In this document: piece by piece, positions 19,489 to 28,828 of the stretch | How positions within the stretch are numbered: position 1 is the stretch's first letter | How the letters are laid out: every line of letters starts with the position of its first letter | NCBI GenBank assembly: GCA_035518095.1 | Contig: DATIXX010000056.1 | Span: 16,063-80,062 of the forward strand | From: Burkholderiales bacterium | GTDB taxonomy: Bacteria; Pseudomonadota; Gammaproteobacteria; Burkholderiales; JAHFRG01 | Reading direction: 5' to 3' | Length of the DNA: 64,000 bases | Made by a program: the position numbers and the translations under genes | Notes under the pieces: generated by a model | Told to the model about the DNA's origin: nothing | Databases searched by the model: none | Seen by the model: only the letters and a program-made list of their open reading frames with translations

Positions 19489-20029
19489 TGGATAGCAATT
19501 TTAGCACCCGCGTGTCGGTATTCAATTCTAAGCCAACGGCGGTGACGATGCTATGCGGCTCAATTAGCGTTACAGGCTTGTCGGTCTTCGCCAGGTCCTG
19601 GTCCGGTATGACATGGAGAAAACTGGTGAAGGCCTTGAGTTCAGGATCGCTTTTCCATGCCTTTCGCACCACCTCCACGTCCCCCGTGAAGTAAGCATCC
19701 TCGCCGCCACTTGTAAGCAGAGCTTGATTGGCGCTGATGTCAATTTCGGGTTTGCCTCCTTCGACATGCCGGAACACGGGGTCTTCGAGATGGGTGGTGT
19801 CGTCGTCCGGGTAGTGCACCATTTTTTTTGCAGTGAGGATGTAGCGTGGTGTTCCATCCTTGCTCATGCGGGTGGCGGTAAAGTTTTCCACGATGTAATC
19901 CGGGTCGTGGCGGCTGCTGCCGTCGCGCTTGGGCGCCAGGGGTTGTACTTTGCTGTCAAGCCACCAGGTCAATGCCGCGAGTAGCAGCAACATCAGCAGC
20001 GGCACCCAAGTAAGCAGGCGGCTGTTCAT
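19457..20029 (-). CDS. lptC: LPS export system protein LptC
   Basis: 190 aa from the ATG at 20029 (MNSRLLTWVPLLMLL TM anchor). ATGA overlap with the kdsC stop. The track ORF N-terminal extension is rejected. Confidence 0.85.
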   Translation of the reverse strand: MNSRLLTWVPLLMLLLLAALTWWLDSKVQPLAPKRDGSSRHDPDYIVENFTATRMSKDGTPRYILTAKKMVHYPDDDTTHLEDPVFRHVEGGKPEIDISANQALLTSGGEDAYFTGDVEVVRKAWKSDPELKAFTSFLHVIPDQDLAKTDKPVTLIEPHSIVTAVGLELNTDTRVLKLLSNVKGHYDNPR

Positions 20030-20550
20030 TTCAGATATCGAGATAATTGCGCCTGAAAGGTTCCCTGTGCCTGCATGATGAGTTCGCAGATTTCGCGTAC
20101 CGCTCCGCAACCGCCCGGCTGTTGCGTGATGTAATGTGCCTGCTGTTTTACCAGCGCCGGTGCCGCCGGCACGCATATGGCGAGCCCGCAGCGACGCATC
20201 ACCGGCAGGTCCATCACATCGTCACCGACGTACGCCGTTGCGTCCGCATGAAGTCTCAATTTTTTGAGTAGTGAGGAATAGATCTCAAGCTTGTCTTCCA
20301 CACCCTGGTAGAGCAAACCAATGCCGAGATTCTGCGCACGCATTTCCACGCTGCGGGAGGTTCTGCCAGAGAGCAAAACCAGCTCCACGCCACTTTGCTT
20401 TAGCATGCGCATGCCGTGACCATCGAGCGTATTGAAAGATTTGTACTCATCACCGCGATCCGAGATAAAAAGTTTGCCGTCGGTCAGCACGCCGTCAACG
20501 TCAAAAATCGCGAGCCGGATACGCTTGGCTTTTTCAAACGCGTCCTCCAT
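20026..20550 (-). CDS. kdsC: 3-deoxy-D-manno-octulosonate 8-phosphate phosphatase
   Basis: HAD motif IRLAIFDVDGVLTDG and 174 aa. Conserved after kdsD. Confidence 0.93.
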   Translation of the reverse strand: MEDAFEKAKRIRLAIFDVDGVLTDGKLFISDRGDEYKSFNTLDGHGMRMLKQSGVELVLLSGRTSRSVEMRAQNLGIGLLYQGVEDKLEIYSSLLKKLRLHADATAYVGDDVMDLPVMRRCGLAICVPAAPALVKQQAHYITQQPGGCGAVREICELIMQAQGTFQAQLSRYLK

Positions 20551-20580
20551 ATCAGGAAACCGCTGATTGCGAACAGCTCG

Positions 20581-21579
20581 TCAAATGACTTTGGCCCGGA
20601 AAAGGTCATGCATATTGAGCGCGCCGGTCAACTGCTGTTTGGCGTCCACCACCAAAAGCTGATTAATCTTGTGCTCCTCCATCATTTGCACGGCTTCCAC
20701 AGCGAGACTGTCCGCATCGACTGTACGCGGTTCGCGTGTCATGACTTGCGCCACTTTGGCTTCACGCATATCCACAATTTTTTCCAGAGCTCGGCGCAAA
20801 TCCCCGTCGGTAAAAATACCCACTACTTCTTGCCGCGAATTGACAATAACAGTCATGCCCATTCCTTTTTTTGAGATTTCCAGAATTGCTTCCGAAAGCG
20901 ATGCGCTTTCAGGCACGACCGGTAGCGCCGGTCCGGTGCGCATTACATCGCGAACGTGGGTGAGCAGTTTTCTGCCAAGAGATCCCCCGGGATGCGAGCG
21001 CGCAAAATCCTCAGCGCCGAATCCCCGTGCATCGAGCAGCGCCACGGCTAACGCGTCGCCCAGAGCCAATGCCGCAGTGGTGCTCGCGGTCGGCGCGAGC
21101 CCCAGCGGGCAGGCTTCCTCGGCGACGGCGGCATCAAGGTGTACATCTGCTTCGAGTGCCAGCGTCGACTTGGAGTTGCCTGTAACCGAAATGAGTTTTG
21201 CACCCCGGCGCTTGATGAGTGGCACAATGGTGAGCAGCTCGCCGCTTTCTCCGGAGTTGGAAAACGCGAGCATCACATCGTCTTGTGTAATCATCCCTAG
21301 GTCGCCGTGACTCGCGTCCGCGGGATGCACAAAAAAAGCGGGCGTTCCTGTGCTTGCCAGGGTAGACGCAATTTTGCTCGCGACGTGCCCTGATTTGCCA
21401 ATCCCGCTGACGACGATACGTCCACGACAATGCAGCATAAGCTCAACCGCGCGAGCAAAGTTGTGATCCAGCCTTTCGATTAAAGCAGTAATGCCACGCG
21501 CCTCGATTTCCAGCACTTGCCGCCCCAGGTTGAGCGCGTGCGGCAGTATTGAAGCGGTGGGATTTTTCATGGTGCCCAT
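20581..21579 (-). CDS. kdsD: Arabinose-5-phosphate isomerase (SIS + tandem CBS)
   Basis: SIS motif VSGIGKSGHVA and a C-terminal CBS pair. The start is placed at MGTMKNPT (about 330 aa, as in KdsD). The track ORF extends to 21894. Confidence 0.9.
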   Translation of the reverse strand: MGTMKNPTASILPHALNLGRQVLEIEARGITALIERLDHNFARAVELMLHCRGRIVVSGIGKSGHVASKIASTLASTGTPAFFVHPADASHGDLGMITQDDVMLAFSNSGESGELLTIVPLIKRRGAKLISVTGNSKSTLALEADVHLDAAVAEEACPLGLAPTASTTAALALGDALAVALLDARGFGAEDFARSHPGGSLGRKLLTHVRDVMRTGPALPVVPESASLSEAILEISKKGMGMTVIVNSRQEVVGIFTDGDLRRALEKIVDMREAKVAQVMTREPRTVDADSLAVEAVQMMEEHKINQLLVVDAKQQLTGALNMHDLFRAKVI

Positions 21580-21822
21580 CGTAACCAGTATAGCAGAACG
21601 CGCTGCGGACTCGGGCTCGCGCAGCTCGGAGCAGCAAGGGCGCAAACTGTCGTTAGAAACATTGTTAAGCGGCGCGCTCATACTGCCGCCTCCAGATGCC
21701 ATGTTTTTTTCGTGCCGAATAGCAGCAACCATACTCGAATAAAAGCGGCCCGACATGTTACCGCCACTTGCATTTCGTGCCCATTGCGGCATCATTGGTT
21801 CGATCAAAATTAAAAGTTTTCG

Positions 21823-23784
21823 ATGCACACAACGCTGCAACTTGTCCTGATATTGCTGGCCGCGGCGGTCCTGGTGGTGGTGCTGTTCCGTCATCTTAAG
21901 CTGCCCGCCTTGCTGGGTTATCTACTGGTGGGCATTGTCATCGGACCACACGCGTTGTCCTGGATACCTGAAGCGCGAGAGACGCGTTACCTTGCAGAAT
22001 TCGGCGTGGTGTTCCTGATGTTCAGCGTCGGCCTGGAATTCAGCCTGCCAAAGCTCCTTACTGTGCGCCGCACTGTGTTTGGTCTGGGCGCGGCGCAAGT
22101 TGGATGCAGTATGTTGATAGTTATGCTCGGTAGCCTCGCTGTCGGTCTGAACTGGCAAGCCGGTCTGGCGCTTGGCGGGGCGCTTGCGATGTCGTCTACG
22201 GCGATTGTCAGCAAAATGCTGGCAGACCGTCTCGAACTCGCGACGCAACACGGTAGGCAAATCGTCGGCGTGCTGCTGTTTCAGGATTTGGCAGTTGTTC
22301 CGCTTCTTATCATCGTGCCGGCGTTGGCGGAAGGAAGCCGCGTGACCGTTGCACTGGGTTTTGCCGCAGTGAAGGCCCTGGTCGTACTGATAGTGATTCT
22401 CTTTGTTGGGCAGCGGTTGATGCGTGCGTGGTTTCACCTGGTGGCACGGCAAAAATCATCCGAGCTGTTTGTTCTCAACGTGCTGCTGATTACCCTGGGC
22501 TTGGCTTTTTTTACCGAAAAAGCGGGTCTGTCGCTGGCATTGGGTGCCTTTCTAGCGGGCATGCTGATTTCCGAAACCGAGTACCGTTATCAAGTTGATG
22601 CGGACATTAGGCCGTTTCGCGATGTGCTGTTGGGTCTGTTTTTCGTCACTATCGGCATGCTGCTGGATGTAAGGATCGTGCTGCAGAACTGGGTTGCTGT
22701 GAGCAGCGTACTGGTCCTGGTCCTGTTACTAAAAGCCCTTCTAGTCGCAGGCCTGAGCCGCGCATTTGGCAGCCCCCCCGGGGTTGCCCTACGCACCGCA
22801 TTGTGCCTGGCGCAAGCGGGTGAGTTCGGTTTCGTGTTGCTCTGGCAGGCGGCAGGCGTGCAGCTGCTCTCGCCTGCGGTTCTGCAGGTGGTTCTTGCCG
22901 CTATGCTGCTTTCCATGCTTGCAGCACCGTTCATCATCGAGAAAAGCGAACACTTGGTGTTGCATTTCAGCGGCGCGGAATGGATGAATCGCGCCATGCA
23001 ACTGCACAACATTGCGGTGCAGACCATGGCGCAGGAGCAGCACGTCATCATCTGCGGCTACGGGCGTAGCGGACAAAATTTGGCGCGCTTCCTGGAGCAG
23101 GAAAATATCCGGTTTGTCGCCCTGGATCTAGACCCGCAAAGGGTAAAGGAAGCTTCGGCGGCGGGCGAGCAGGTAGTCTATGGCGACGCCGGCCGGCATG
23201 AGGTGCTGGTTGCTGCCGGATTAATGCGCGCCAAAGCGCTGGTCGTGGCGGAATCCAACGTGCAGTTGGCCTTAAAAATCCTAAGCCACGTTCAGAAGGT
23301 GCGACCGTATTTGCCGGTGCTGGTGCGCACTGTGGATGATTCCGATTTGGACCGGCTCAAACAGGCGGGCGCCACCGAAGTTGTGGCTGAAATCATGGAA
23401 GGAAGCCTAATGCTCGCATCGCACGCACTGATGTTGCTGGGCGTACCGCTAAACCGCGTACTGAAGCGCATAAGAGAAACCCGCGAGCGGCGTTACGAAC
23501 TGTTTCACGGATTTTACCATGGCATCACTGACGCGACTGAGCCTGGTAAGCAGCAGCCGCGATTGCAATCGTTGGTAATCAGTTCCGGTGCGGCGGCAGT
23601 GGGCAAAACCCTCGGGGAAATCAATCTAGCAAGGCATTCCGTTGAAGTCACGGCTGTTAGAAAGGGAAATATCCGCGGTCTAGCGCCCTCATCGGAGACG
23701 CGCATCGAAGCCGGTGACGTGATGGTATTGCTGGGGACCGAAGATAACCTTGCTGCCGCCGAGATGACCTTGCTGCAGGGCTGA
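21823..23784 (+). CDS. CPA2-family monovalent cation:proton antiporter with TrkA-N/TrkA-C domains (YbaL/KefB-like)
   Basis: 653 aa. About 12 TM segments, then a Rossmann motif ICGYGRSGQ and a C-terminal RCK_C-like domain. Confidence 0.88.
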   Translation: MHTTLQLVLILLAAAVLVVVLFRHLKLPALLGYLLVGIVIGPHALSWIPEARETRYLAEFGVVFLMFSVGLEFSLPKLLTVRRTVFGLGAAQVGCSMLIVMLGSLAVGLNWQAGLALGGALAMSSTAIVSKMLADRLELATQHGRQIVGVLLFQDLAVVPLLIIVPALAEGSRVTVALGFAAVKALVVLIVILFVGQRLMRAWFHLVARQKSSELFVLNVLLITLGLAFFTEKAGLSLALGAFLAGMLISETEYRYQVDADIRPFRDVLLGLFFVTIGMLLDVRIVLQNWVAVSSVLVLVLLLKALLVAGLSRAFGSPPGVALRTALCLAQAGEFGFVLLWQAAGVQLLSPAVLQVVLAAMLLSMLAAPFIIEKSEHLVLHFSGAEWMNRAMQLHNIAVQTMAQEQHVIICGYGRSGQNLARFLEQENIRFVALDLDPQRVKEASAAGEQVVYGDAGRHEVLVAAGLMRAKALVVAESNVQLALKILSHVQKVRPYLPVLVRTVDDSDLDRLKQAGATEVVAEIMEGSLMLASHALMLLGVPLNRVLKRIRETRERRYELFHGFYHGITDATEPGKQQPRLQSLVISSGAAAVGKTLGEINLARHSVEVTAVRKGNIRGLAPSSETRIEAGDVMVLLGTEDNLAAAEMTLLQG

Positions 23785-23797
23785 ATTTTGCGCAAAT

Positions 23798-23826
23798 AAA
23801 AAGCCCGCTGGCCGCGGGCTTTTTTT
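23798..23826. terminator. Bidirectional Rho-independent terminator
   Basis: AAAAA-GCCCGC-tggcc-GCGGGC-TTTTTTT lies between the convergent antiporter and pilin genes. Confidence 0.8.
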
Positions 23827-23842
23827 GGTTTTTCAGTTCGTG

Positions 23843-24538
23843 CTAGAACAGGCTCGCGGCGCCGCAGTTGGTCTGCCCGCTGGTGGTGAGCCAGACGCCG
23901 TTCGTCAGATCGGCACAGGTTGCAGCAGTCGGTGCGGTTCCGGCTCCAAGGTAGGTGGTGAAGCGGAATGTGCCGCGCCCCGGATTGGCGTCGTCAATCT
24001 TACGGTCTACTTCGGTCAAGATTTCCACCGGCACCTGATTGCCTGTCTTCAGATTATGACGGGCGGACGCTGCCGGGTCGCCGACTTCAATGCTGTAATT
24101 ATTGTCGTAGATGATTTGCAGGTACGCGTTGTAGGGGTTGTTCGGCGTATTGGCCTGGGCGACGGCATCGGTCGCGGTCGCCATATTGAAACTTCCGGTC
24201 AGGAAACCCGCGTGCGACATATGCACCCAGGCTATGGTCTGTTCGTTGGCGCCGGCGGTATTGAGTATTTGTCCGTCGCCGTTGCCGCCCAAGGTCGCCG
24301 CGACGTTGGGGATATTGGCAGCCGCCAGCGCGCCAGGGTAATCGCCTGGGAGGGCGCGGTAGCGGTCCTGGAAACCGAAGAAAGCGGCCTTGATTCCATC
24401 TTGCTGGGAAATGAGGTTTCTCACCCGGGCGCTGGTGATAAGCTCCTGGCCTTTTAGCACACCGCCCAAAAGCAGGCCGATAATGACCAGCACAATGGCC
24501 ATCTCAATCAGGGTAAAACCGGCTTCTCTACGTAACAT
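23843..24538 (-). CDS. Prepilin-type N-terminal cleavage/methylation domain protein (major pilin/pseudopilin candidate)
   Basis: Leader MLRREAG followed by FTLIEMAIVLVIIGLLLGG (G|F cleavage site, Glu5). 231 aa. C-terminal Cys pair (C..C). Has its own sigma-54-type promoter and a terminator. Confidence 0.88.
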   Translation of the reverse strand: MLRREAGFTLIEMAIVLVIIGLLLGGVLKGQELITSARVRNLISQQDGIKAAFFGFQDRYRALPGDYPGALAAANIPNVAATLGGNGDGQILNTAGANEQTIAWVHMSHAGFLTGSFNMATATDAVAQANTPNNPYNAYLQIIYDNNYSIEVGDPAASARHNLKTGNQVPVEILTEVDRKIDDANPGRGTFRFTTYLGAGTAPTAATCADLTNGVWLTTSGQTNCGAASLF

Positions 24539-24575
24539 GGTTAGATCCTTTTAATCGAACTAATAATCTCTTAAC

Positions 24576-24591
24576 CGCAAAATTTATGCCT
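24576..24591 (-). promoter_or_regulatory. Sigma-54 (-24/-12) promoter AGGCATAAATTTTGCG upstream of the pilin gene
   Basis: On the minus strand, GG and GC are separated by exactly 10 nt, with GGCA and TTGC cores. It lies about 39 nt upstream of the ATG, with an AAGGA RBS in between. Confidence 0.6.
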
Positions 24592-24738
24592 GCGCGATTA
24601 ATTGCGCCAAGCTTGTGTGAAGTCTAGCCGCAAAGCCAATGTTGGCGCGGTTTTTCGCACTATATATCAAATCTGATGCAATTTTTTCAATATCGCAGAA
24701 ATACATCGCGACTCCAAAACATAATCCAGATGAAATCG

Positions 24739-25470
24739 TCAATTCTTCGGCACCGCTGACGATTTTTCCTCATTTTCAAGCTGTTGCAACCGTTCCGTTA
24801 ACAAATGTATTTCGTGGGGATCGGTGACTATGCCGCTCACCAGCAGCCCGCCTAAAAGAATCTTTGCGCTTTGCAATTCGCCCATGTCCTCGAGGATGAA
24901 GATCGGCATCTGGGTCGCCCAGTGCGGAACATCCGGACCTGTGGCGTATTTCCTGATAGCTTGCGCATAGCGCAGCGCAAGCGGCAGATCTTTCAAACGG
25001 TGCTTCGCCATGATCGCCGCATGCGCGAGCCATGGCCAGCGTCGGTCAGGGTCCTTGAAAAACTCTTGGTAAACGAATTCAAACATTTTGCGTTGTTTCG
25101 CGGTATCCGACACTTGGCCGTAAATATGGGAGGCCATCAACAGCGGATACTGCCCAACGGGGTCAAGCTCGAGTATTCTGGAAAGCCAAGCTTGGACGCG
25201 ATCATAATCGAGATCCCGAAACGGAATGCTGATGCCGGGTTGATTATCGAAAGCCTGCAGGTACAGCGTCATTAGCTGCGAAAAAGCGATAGGTTCGCCC
25301 AGACTAAGCGCCAAAAGTGTTTTGCCTTCTGGAGGAAAAGCCAGCGCCTCCGCGTTCGCAGTCGGACGCGGCTGGTGATATTGCCAAGCGAGCTGCAAAG
25401 CTAAACCCGCGATTAAAACCAGCGTAATGGATCTAGGCACCGCCTTTAACGTACGTTGTTGCAGGCTCAT
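24739..25470 (-). CDS. Hypothetical membrane-anchored protein (243 aa), translationally coupled to the ABC-2 permease
   Basis: The ATG at 25470 overlaps the permease stop (ATGA). One N-terminal TM (ITLVLIAGLALQLAW) and a helical, repeat-like body. No family recognised. Confidence 0.65.
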   Translation of the reverse strand: MSLQQRTLKAVPRSITLVLIAGLALQLAWQYHQPRPTANAEALAFPPEGKTLLALSLGEPIAFSQLMTLYLQAFDNQPGISIPFRDLDYDRVQAWLSRILELDPVGQYPLLMASHIYGQVSDTAKQRKMFEFVYQEFFKDPDRRWPWLAHAAIMAKHRLKDLPLALRYAQAIRKYATGPDVPHWATQMPIFILEDMGELQSAKILLGGLLVSGIVTDPHEIHLLTERLQQLENEEKSSAVPKN

Positions 25471-26243
25471 AATTCCTTGCGGTAAAAATCGAATAATGCG
25501 GCGCCAATCAACAAGCCGATATAAATCACGCTCTGTATCCCGATGGTTAGAAACATCCGCCACTCAGCGTGATTAACAAGCCAAGCAGTCTGGGTAAATA
25601 CGTTCAAGCTTGGCAGAAAGAGCCACAAACTGTTGACCAAGAACACCATCACCTGCTGCGACAGGCTGCCTTGATCAAGCAGCGCAGAACCGCTTATTAA
25701 TCGAATCGCTGCGATGGAGCGCGCGAGAACGTAGAACGCGAGTACAAAGCTTGTGGCAGGCATAATCTGGGTAAAGGTAATGGTGCAAAATAAACTCAAA
25801 GCGGAAACGATGCACAATTCTAGGGCCAGCGATGCGCCCCACAGTGATACGGCTGGCAGCGGCGCGAGAAAAGAAATTGGCAGACAAATGAGCGCGGCCA
25901 TCAGGAACGCGATCAGAGCGAAACCCAAAAGCTTACCCCCCGCGTATGCGGCGCGCGGCAAATCCAGGGAAAGCAGAAGCTCAAGTCCTTTGTCGTTAAA
26001 TTCGCGTACCATGCTGCTGCTGATGTAGAGCGCGAGGATAAAAACCGCGGCAAGCCTCATGCTGGCGGCGAGAAAGGCGGTTTGTTGCCGGGCGGTTTCG
26101 GTAATAGCAACTTGCTTGACAAACAAGCTTCCCAGAACGGCCAGCAGTATGGTTGCCAGCACCAGCCACGGCAGGCGCGTCCGCAGCGCCTCAAGCAGCG
26201 TGAAGCGAGAAATCGTCAAAACTTGGTTGCGCCTAGATCTCAT
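25467..26243 (-). CDS. ABC-2 type transporter permease (NosY/COG1277-like)
   Basis: 258 aa. N-terminal ISRFTLLEALRTRLPW motif and six hydrophobic segments. No adjacent ATPase gene. Confidence 0.75.
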   Translation of the reverse strand: MRSRRNQVLTISRFTLLEALRTRLPWLVLATILLAVLGSLFVKQVAITETARQQTAFLAASMRLAAVFILALYISSSMVREFNDKGLELLLSLDLPRAAYAGGKLLGFALIAFLMAALICLPISFLAPLPAVSLWGASLALELCIVSALSLFCTITFTQIMPATSFVLAFYVLARSIAAIRLISGSALLDQGSLSQQVMVFLVNSLWLFLPSLNVFTQTAWLVNHAEWRMFLTIGIQSVIYIGLLIGAALFDFYRKEL

Positions 26244-26352
26244 TTGGTGGCATAAAACCGGGCAGTGAAGTATAAACCCGAATCGAGAAGAGGAATTTGT
26301 AAATTGTCCAAGTGCAAGCTACCCTAACAATTTTCATGCCGGCCCATGTGCT

Positions 26353-28056
26353 ATGCCGCCTAGTGCAATAGTAAGCTTGAACCAGAACTTTATTGCTTCT
26401 CGTCAGCAATGGTTTCTTGGCCTGATGCTGTTGGCGCTGCACGCGGTTCTGTTCTTGGGGATTGACAGCTGGCTTGCACGTTGCTTCGTATTGACGCATT
26501 TCGGATTTTTTCTGCTGTGGCAGCCGGTATGGGGAGGAGAACGCAATCTGGATGTCCGGCACGCCGTGCTGGTAATAGGCATTGGGCTCTTGTTTACAGT
26601 TTGGAACAGTTGGTGGTTGATCGCGGTATGGATCTCGGTCCTGTTTGCGTTGATTGGTGGAAATGTGCCCAGCAAGCGTCAGCGCGGACAGCGCGCGATA
26701 TTACTACTGGCGGCGACCTATCTGCTCGCCGTGCTTCTAATGTGGGTTGTGCCTCATCTTTTTGCGGATTTTCGCCTTCCCGACATCATGGCGCTGGTGG
26801 CTCGCTACGCACTGCTGCTACCGATCGTTGCAATATTTTTTATCAAGGCAGAAAGCGAACCCGAGACGGGCCAGCGCGTGGTAGATCTGTTTTACAGCCT
26901 CTTGCTTTTCCTGCTTACCGCCGCGCTGGTGCTCGGCGCGTTTGTGGTTCGGCAAATGAACCAAGGCGGCTATGTTCTAGCTCTAGCAAAAACACTGGCA
27001 TTAATAGCGATTCTGTTGTTCGCGCTAAGCTGGCTATGGGACCCGCGTTCCGGCTTTGACGGGGTCGGTCAGCTGGTGTCGCGCTATCTGCTCTCGGTCG
27101 GCCTGCCGTTCGAACGCTGGATGCACAGCCTTGCCAACCTGGCCGACCGCGAGGCCAACCCTGAAAAATTCCTGATCATGGCGGTACACGAGGTAGCGGC
27201 GCTTCCCTGGGTCGCGGGAGTGAGTTGGCGGGTAGCCGGCGGCGAACGGAAACAAGGCGGTGTCTCGAAGTTTCCCGCAGAATTTTCATTCGACGATCTC
27301 AGCATAATTTTGTACAGCAAATGGGAGTTGACCCCGGCATTGCTGCTCCATGTTAAGTTACTCATACGTTTGCTGGCGGATTTTTACAGCGCCAAGCAAC
27401 GCGAAAAGCAGGAACGGCACAACGCTTATACCCAGGCGGTGTATGAAACAGGCGCCCGATTGACCCATGATGTGAAAAATCTCCTGCAGTCGCTAAAATC
27501 GCTTTGCGTCGCCGCAGAAACCAGTAATGAAAATGACGCCGAAGCGCTACGCGCCATGATTCAGCGCCAATTGCCGCAAATCGCGCAGCGTTTGCAATGG
27601 ACAATGGACAAATTGCAAGCGCCGCAACAGACGGAGACGCGGGAAGTTCCGGCGCACGTTTGGTGGGGCAACCTCAAGCAGCGTTACATCAGCGAAGCGG
27701 TTGAGTTTAGGCAACCGGACATTACCGTTGGCACGCTACTCCCAGCGGAGCTGTTCGACAGCATCGCGGATAATTTGCTGCAAAATGCTTTGCAGAAAAG
27801 AAAGCTCGAGCCCGGCTTGCGCATCAGCGTAGGTTTCTCATGCGCGTTGAAGCCCAGGCTCAGTATTTGCGATGACGGCGTACCGCTTAACGAAACGGTT
27901 GCTAAGCAGCTATTCAGTGGGCCTGTTCCGTCGCAGACAGGATTGGGGATTGGGCTGTACCAAGCTTGGCGCCAGGCCGAGGAACAGGGTTACCGATTGC
28001 GACTTGCAAGCAATCAGATCGGAAAAGTCTGCTTTGAGCTGGCACCCGCCAAATGA
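26353..28056 (+). CDS. Polytopic sensor histidine kinase (PrsK-like)
   Basis: About 8 N-terminal TM segments, H-box RLTHDVKNLLQSL and a G-box GLGIGLYQ. It is the only plus-strand gene in the locus. Confidence 0.82.
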   Translation: MPPSAIVSLNQNFIASRQQWFLGLMLLALHAVLFLGIDSWLARCFVLTHFGFFLLWQPVWGGERNLDVRHAVLVIGIGLLFTVWNSWWLIAVWISVLFALIGGNVPSKRQRGQRAILLLAATYLLAVLLMWVVPHLFADFRLPDIMALVARYALLLPIVAIFFIKAESEPETGQRVVDLFYSLLLFLLTAALVLGAFVVRQMNQGGYVLALAKTLALIAILLFALSWLWDPRSGFDGVGQLVSRYLLSVGLPFERWMHSLANLADREANPEKFLIMAVHEVAALPWVAGVSWRVAGGERKQGGVSKFPAEFSFDDLSIILYSKWELTPALLLHVKLLIRLLADFYSAKQREKQERHNAYTQAVYETGARLTHDVKNLLQSLKSLCVAAETSNENDAEALRAMIQRQLPQIAQRLQWTMDKLQAPQQTETREVPAHVWWGNLKQRYISEAVEFRQPDITVGTLLPAELFDSIADNLLQNALQKRKLEPGLRISVGFSCALKPRLSICDDGVPLNETVAKQLFSGPVPSQTGLGIGLYQAWRQAEEQGYRLRLASNQIGKVCFELAPAK

Positions 28057-28065
28057 GCATTTGGA

Positions 28066-28791
28066 TCATGGCAACTTGCCTGCGGCCACCATGCGGTTGA
28101 ACATCACGCTGCTGGAAAGCCAAACGACGATATCGTCGAATTCGCCGGCGGGCGAATCCTTAGCGGTTTGCGCACGGCTCACAAAGGTGGAATCCCCGTT
28201 GGTATTTTCAAGTTCGTCCAAACTGGCTGGCGCAGGATTCTGTGCGTTGGTCGAGCTGTTGATCGCACCCCAGCCGTTTTTACCGTAGGAAAGAATCACC
28301 GCCGGGACGTTGACTGCGATGGCCGTGGCCGGGGTGCAGGCCGCCGCCGCACAGATAGTCAATGTTCCCACCGACGCCAAACTCATGGTCGCTGCCGGCG
28401 AACGATTTGAAAAAGCCGCACTCACAGCATAGTGAATGCGATTGCCCCAGCTGTCGGTGGGGGCTACAGCCAACGTGACCCATGGAATATTGCCCTCTTG
28501 CGCGTTGCACGCTCCCGTCCCAGCATTGAAATCTTCTAGTCCGTCATTGGCGCCCGCACCACTGGTTACGTCAGGACAGGGCAGGTGTGGAGGCGTCTGG
28601 CTTGCCGCATAGCCGATGAGCGCCTCTTTAATTTCATCCAACTTCTTTTGCGTGTCGCTGATATTGCGTTGATCAACCTGCGTCGCCAGGGGTACCAACA
28701 GACTGCTCAAAATGAGCGCAAGAATAAACAATACAATCCCGAGTTCAATTAGGGTAAAACCACCCGCATGCCCCGCTAAGACCTGTTGCAT
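28066..28791 (-). CDS. Prepilin-type minor pilin-like protein
   Basis: Leader MQQVLAGHAGG followed by FTLIELGIVLFILALIL. C-terminal EFDDIVVWLSSSVMFNRMVAAGKLP. The track ORF extends to 28845. Confidence 0.8.
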   Translation of the reverse strand: MQQVLAGHAGGFTLIELGIVLFILALILSSLLVPLATQVDQRNISDTQKKLDEIKEALIGYAASQTPPHLPCPDVTSGAGANDGLEDFNAGTGACNAQEGNIPWVTLAVAPTDSWGNRIHYAVSAAFSNRSPAATMSLASVGTLTICAAAACTPATAIAVNVPAVILSYGKNGWGAINSSTNAQNPAPASLDELENTNGDSTFVSRAQTAKDSPAGEFDDIVVWLSSSVMFNRMVAAGKLP

Positions 28792-28828
28792 GATTGTCGG
28801 CGTTCCGGAAGCGCCCAGCCCGCGCATT

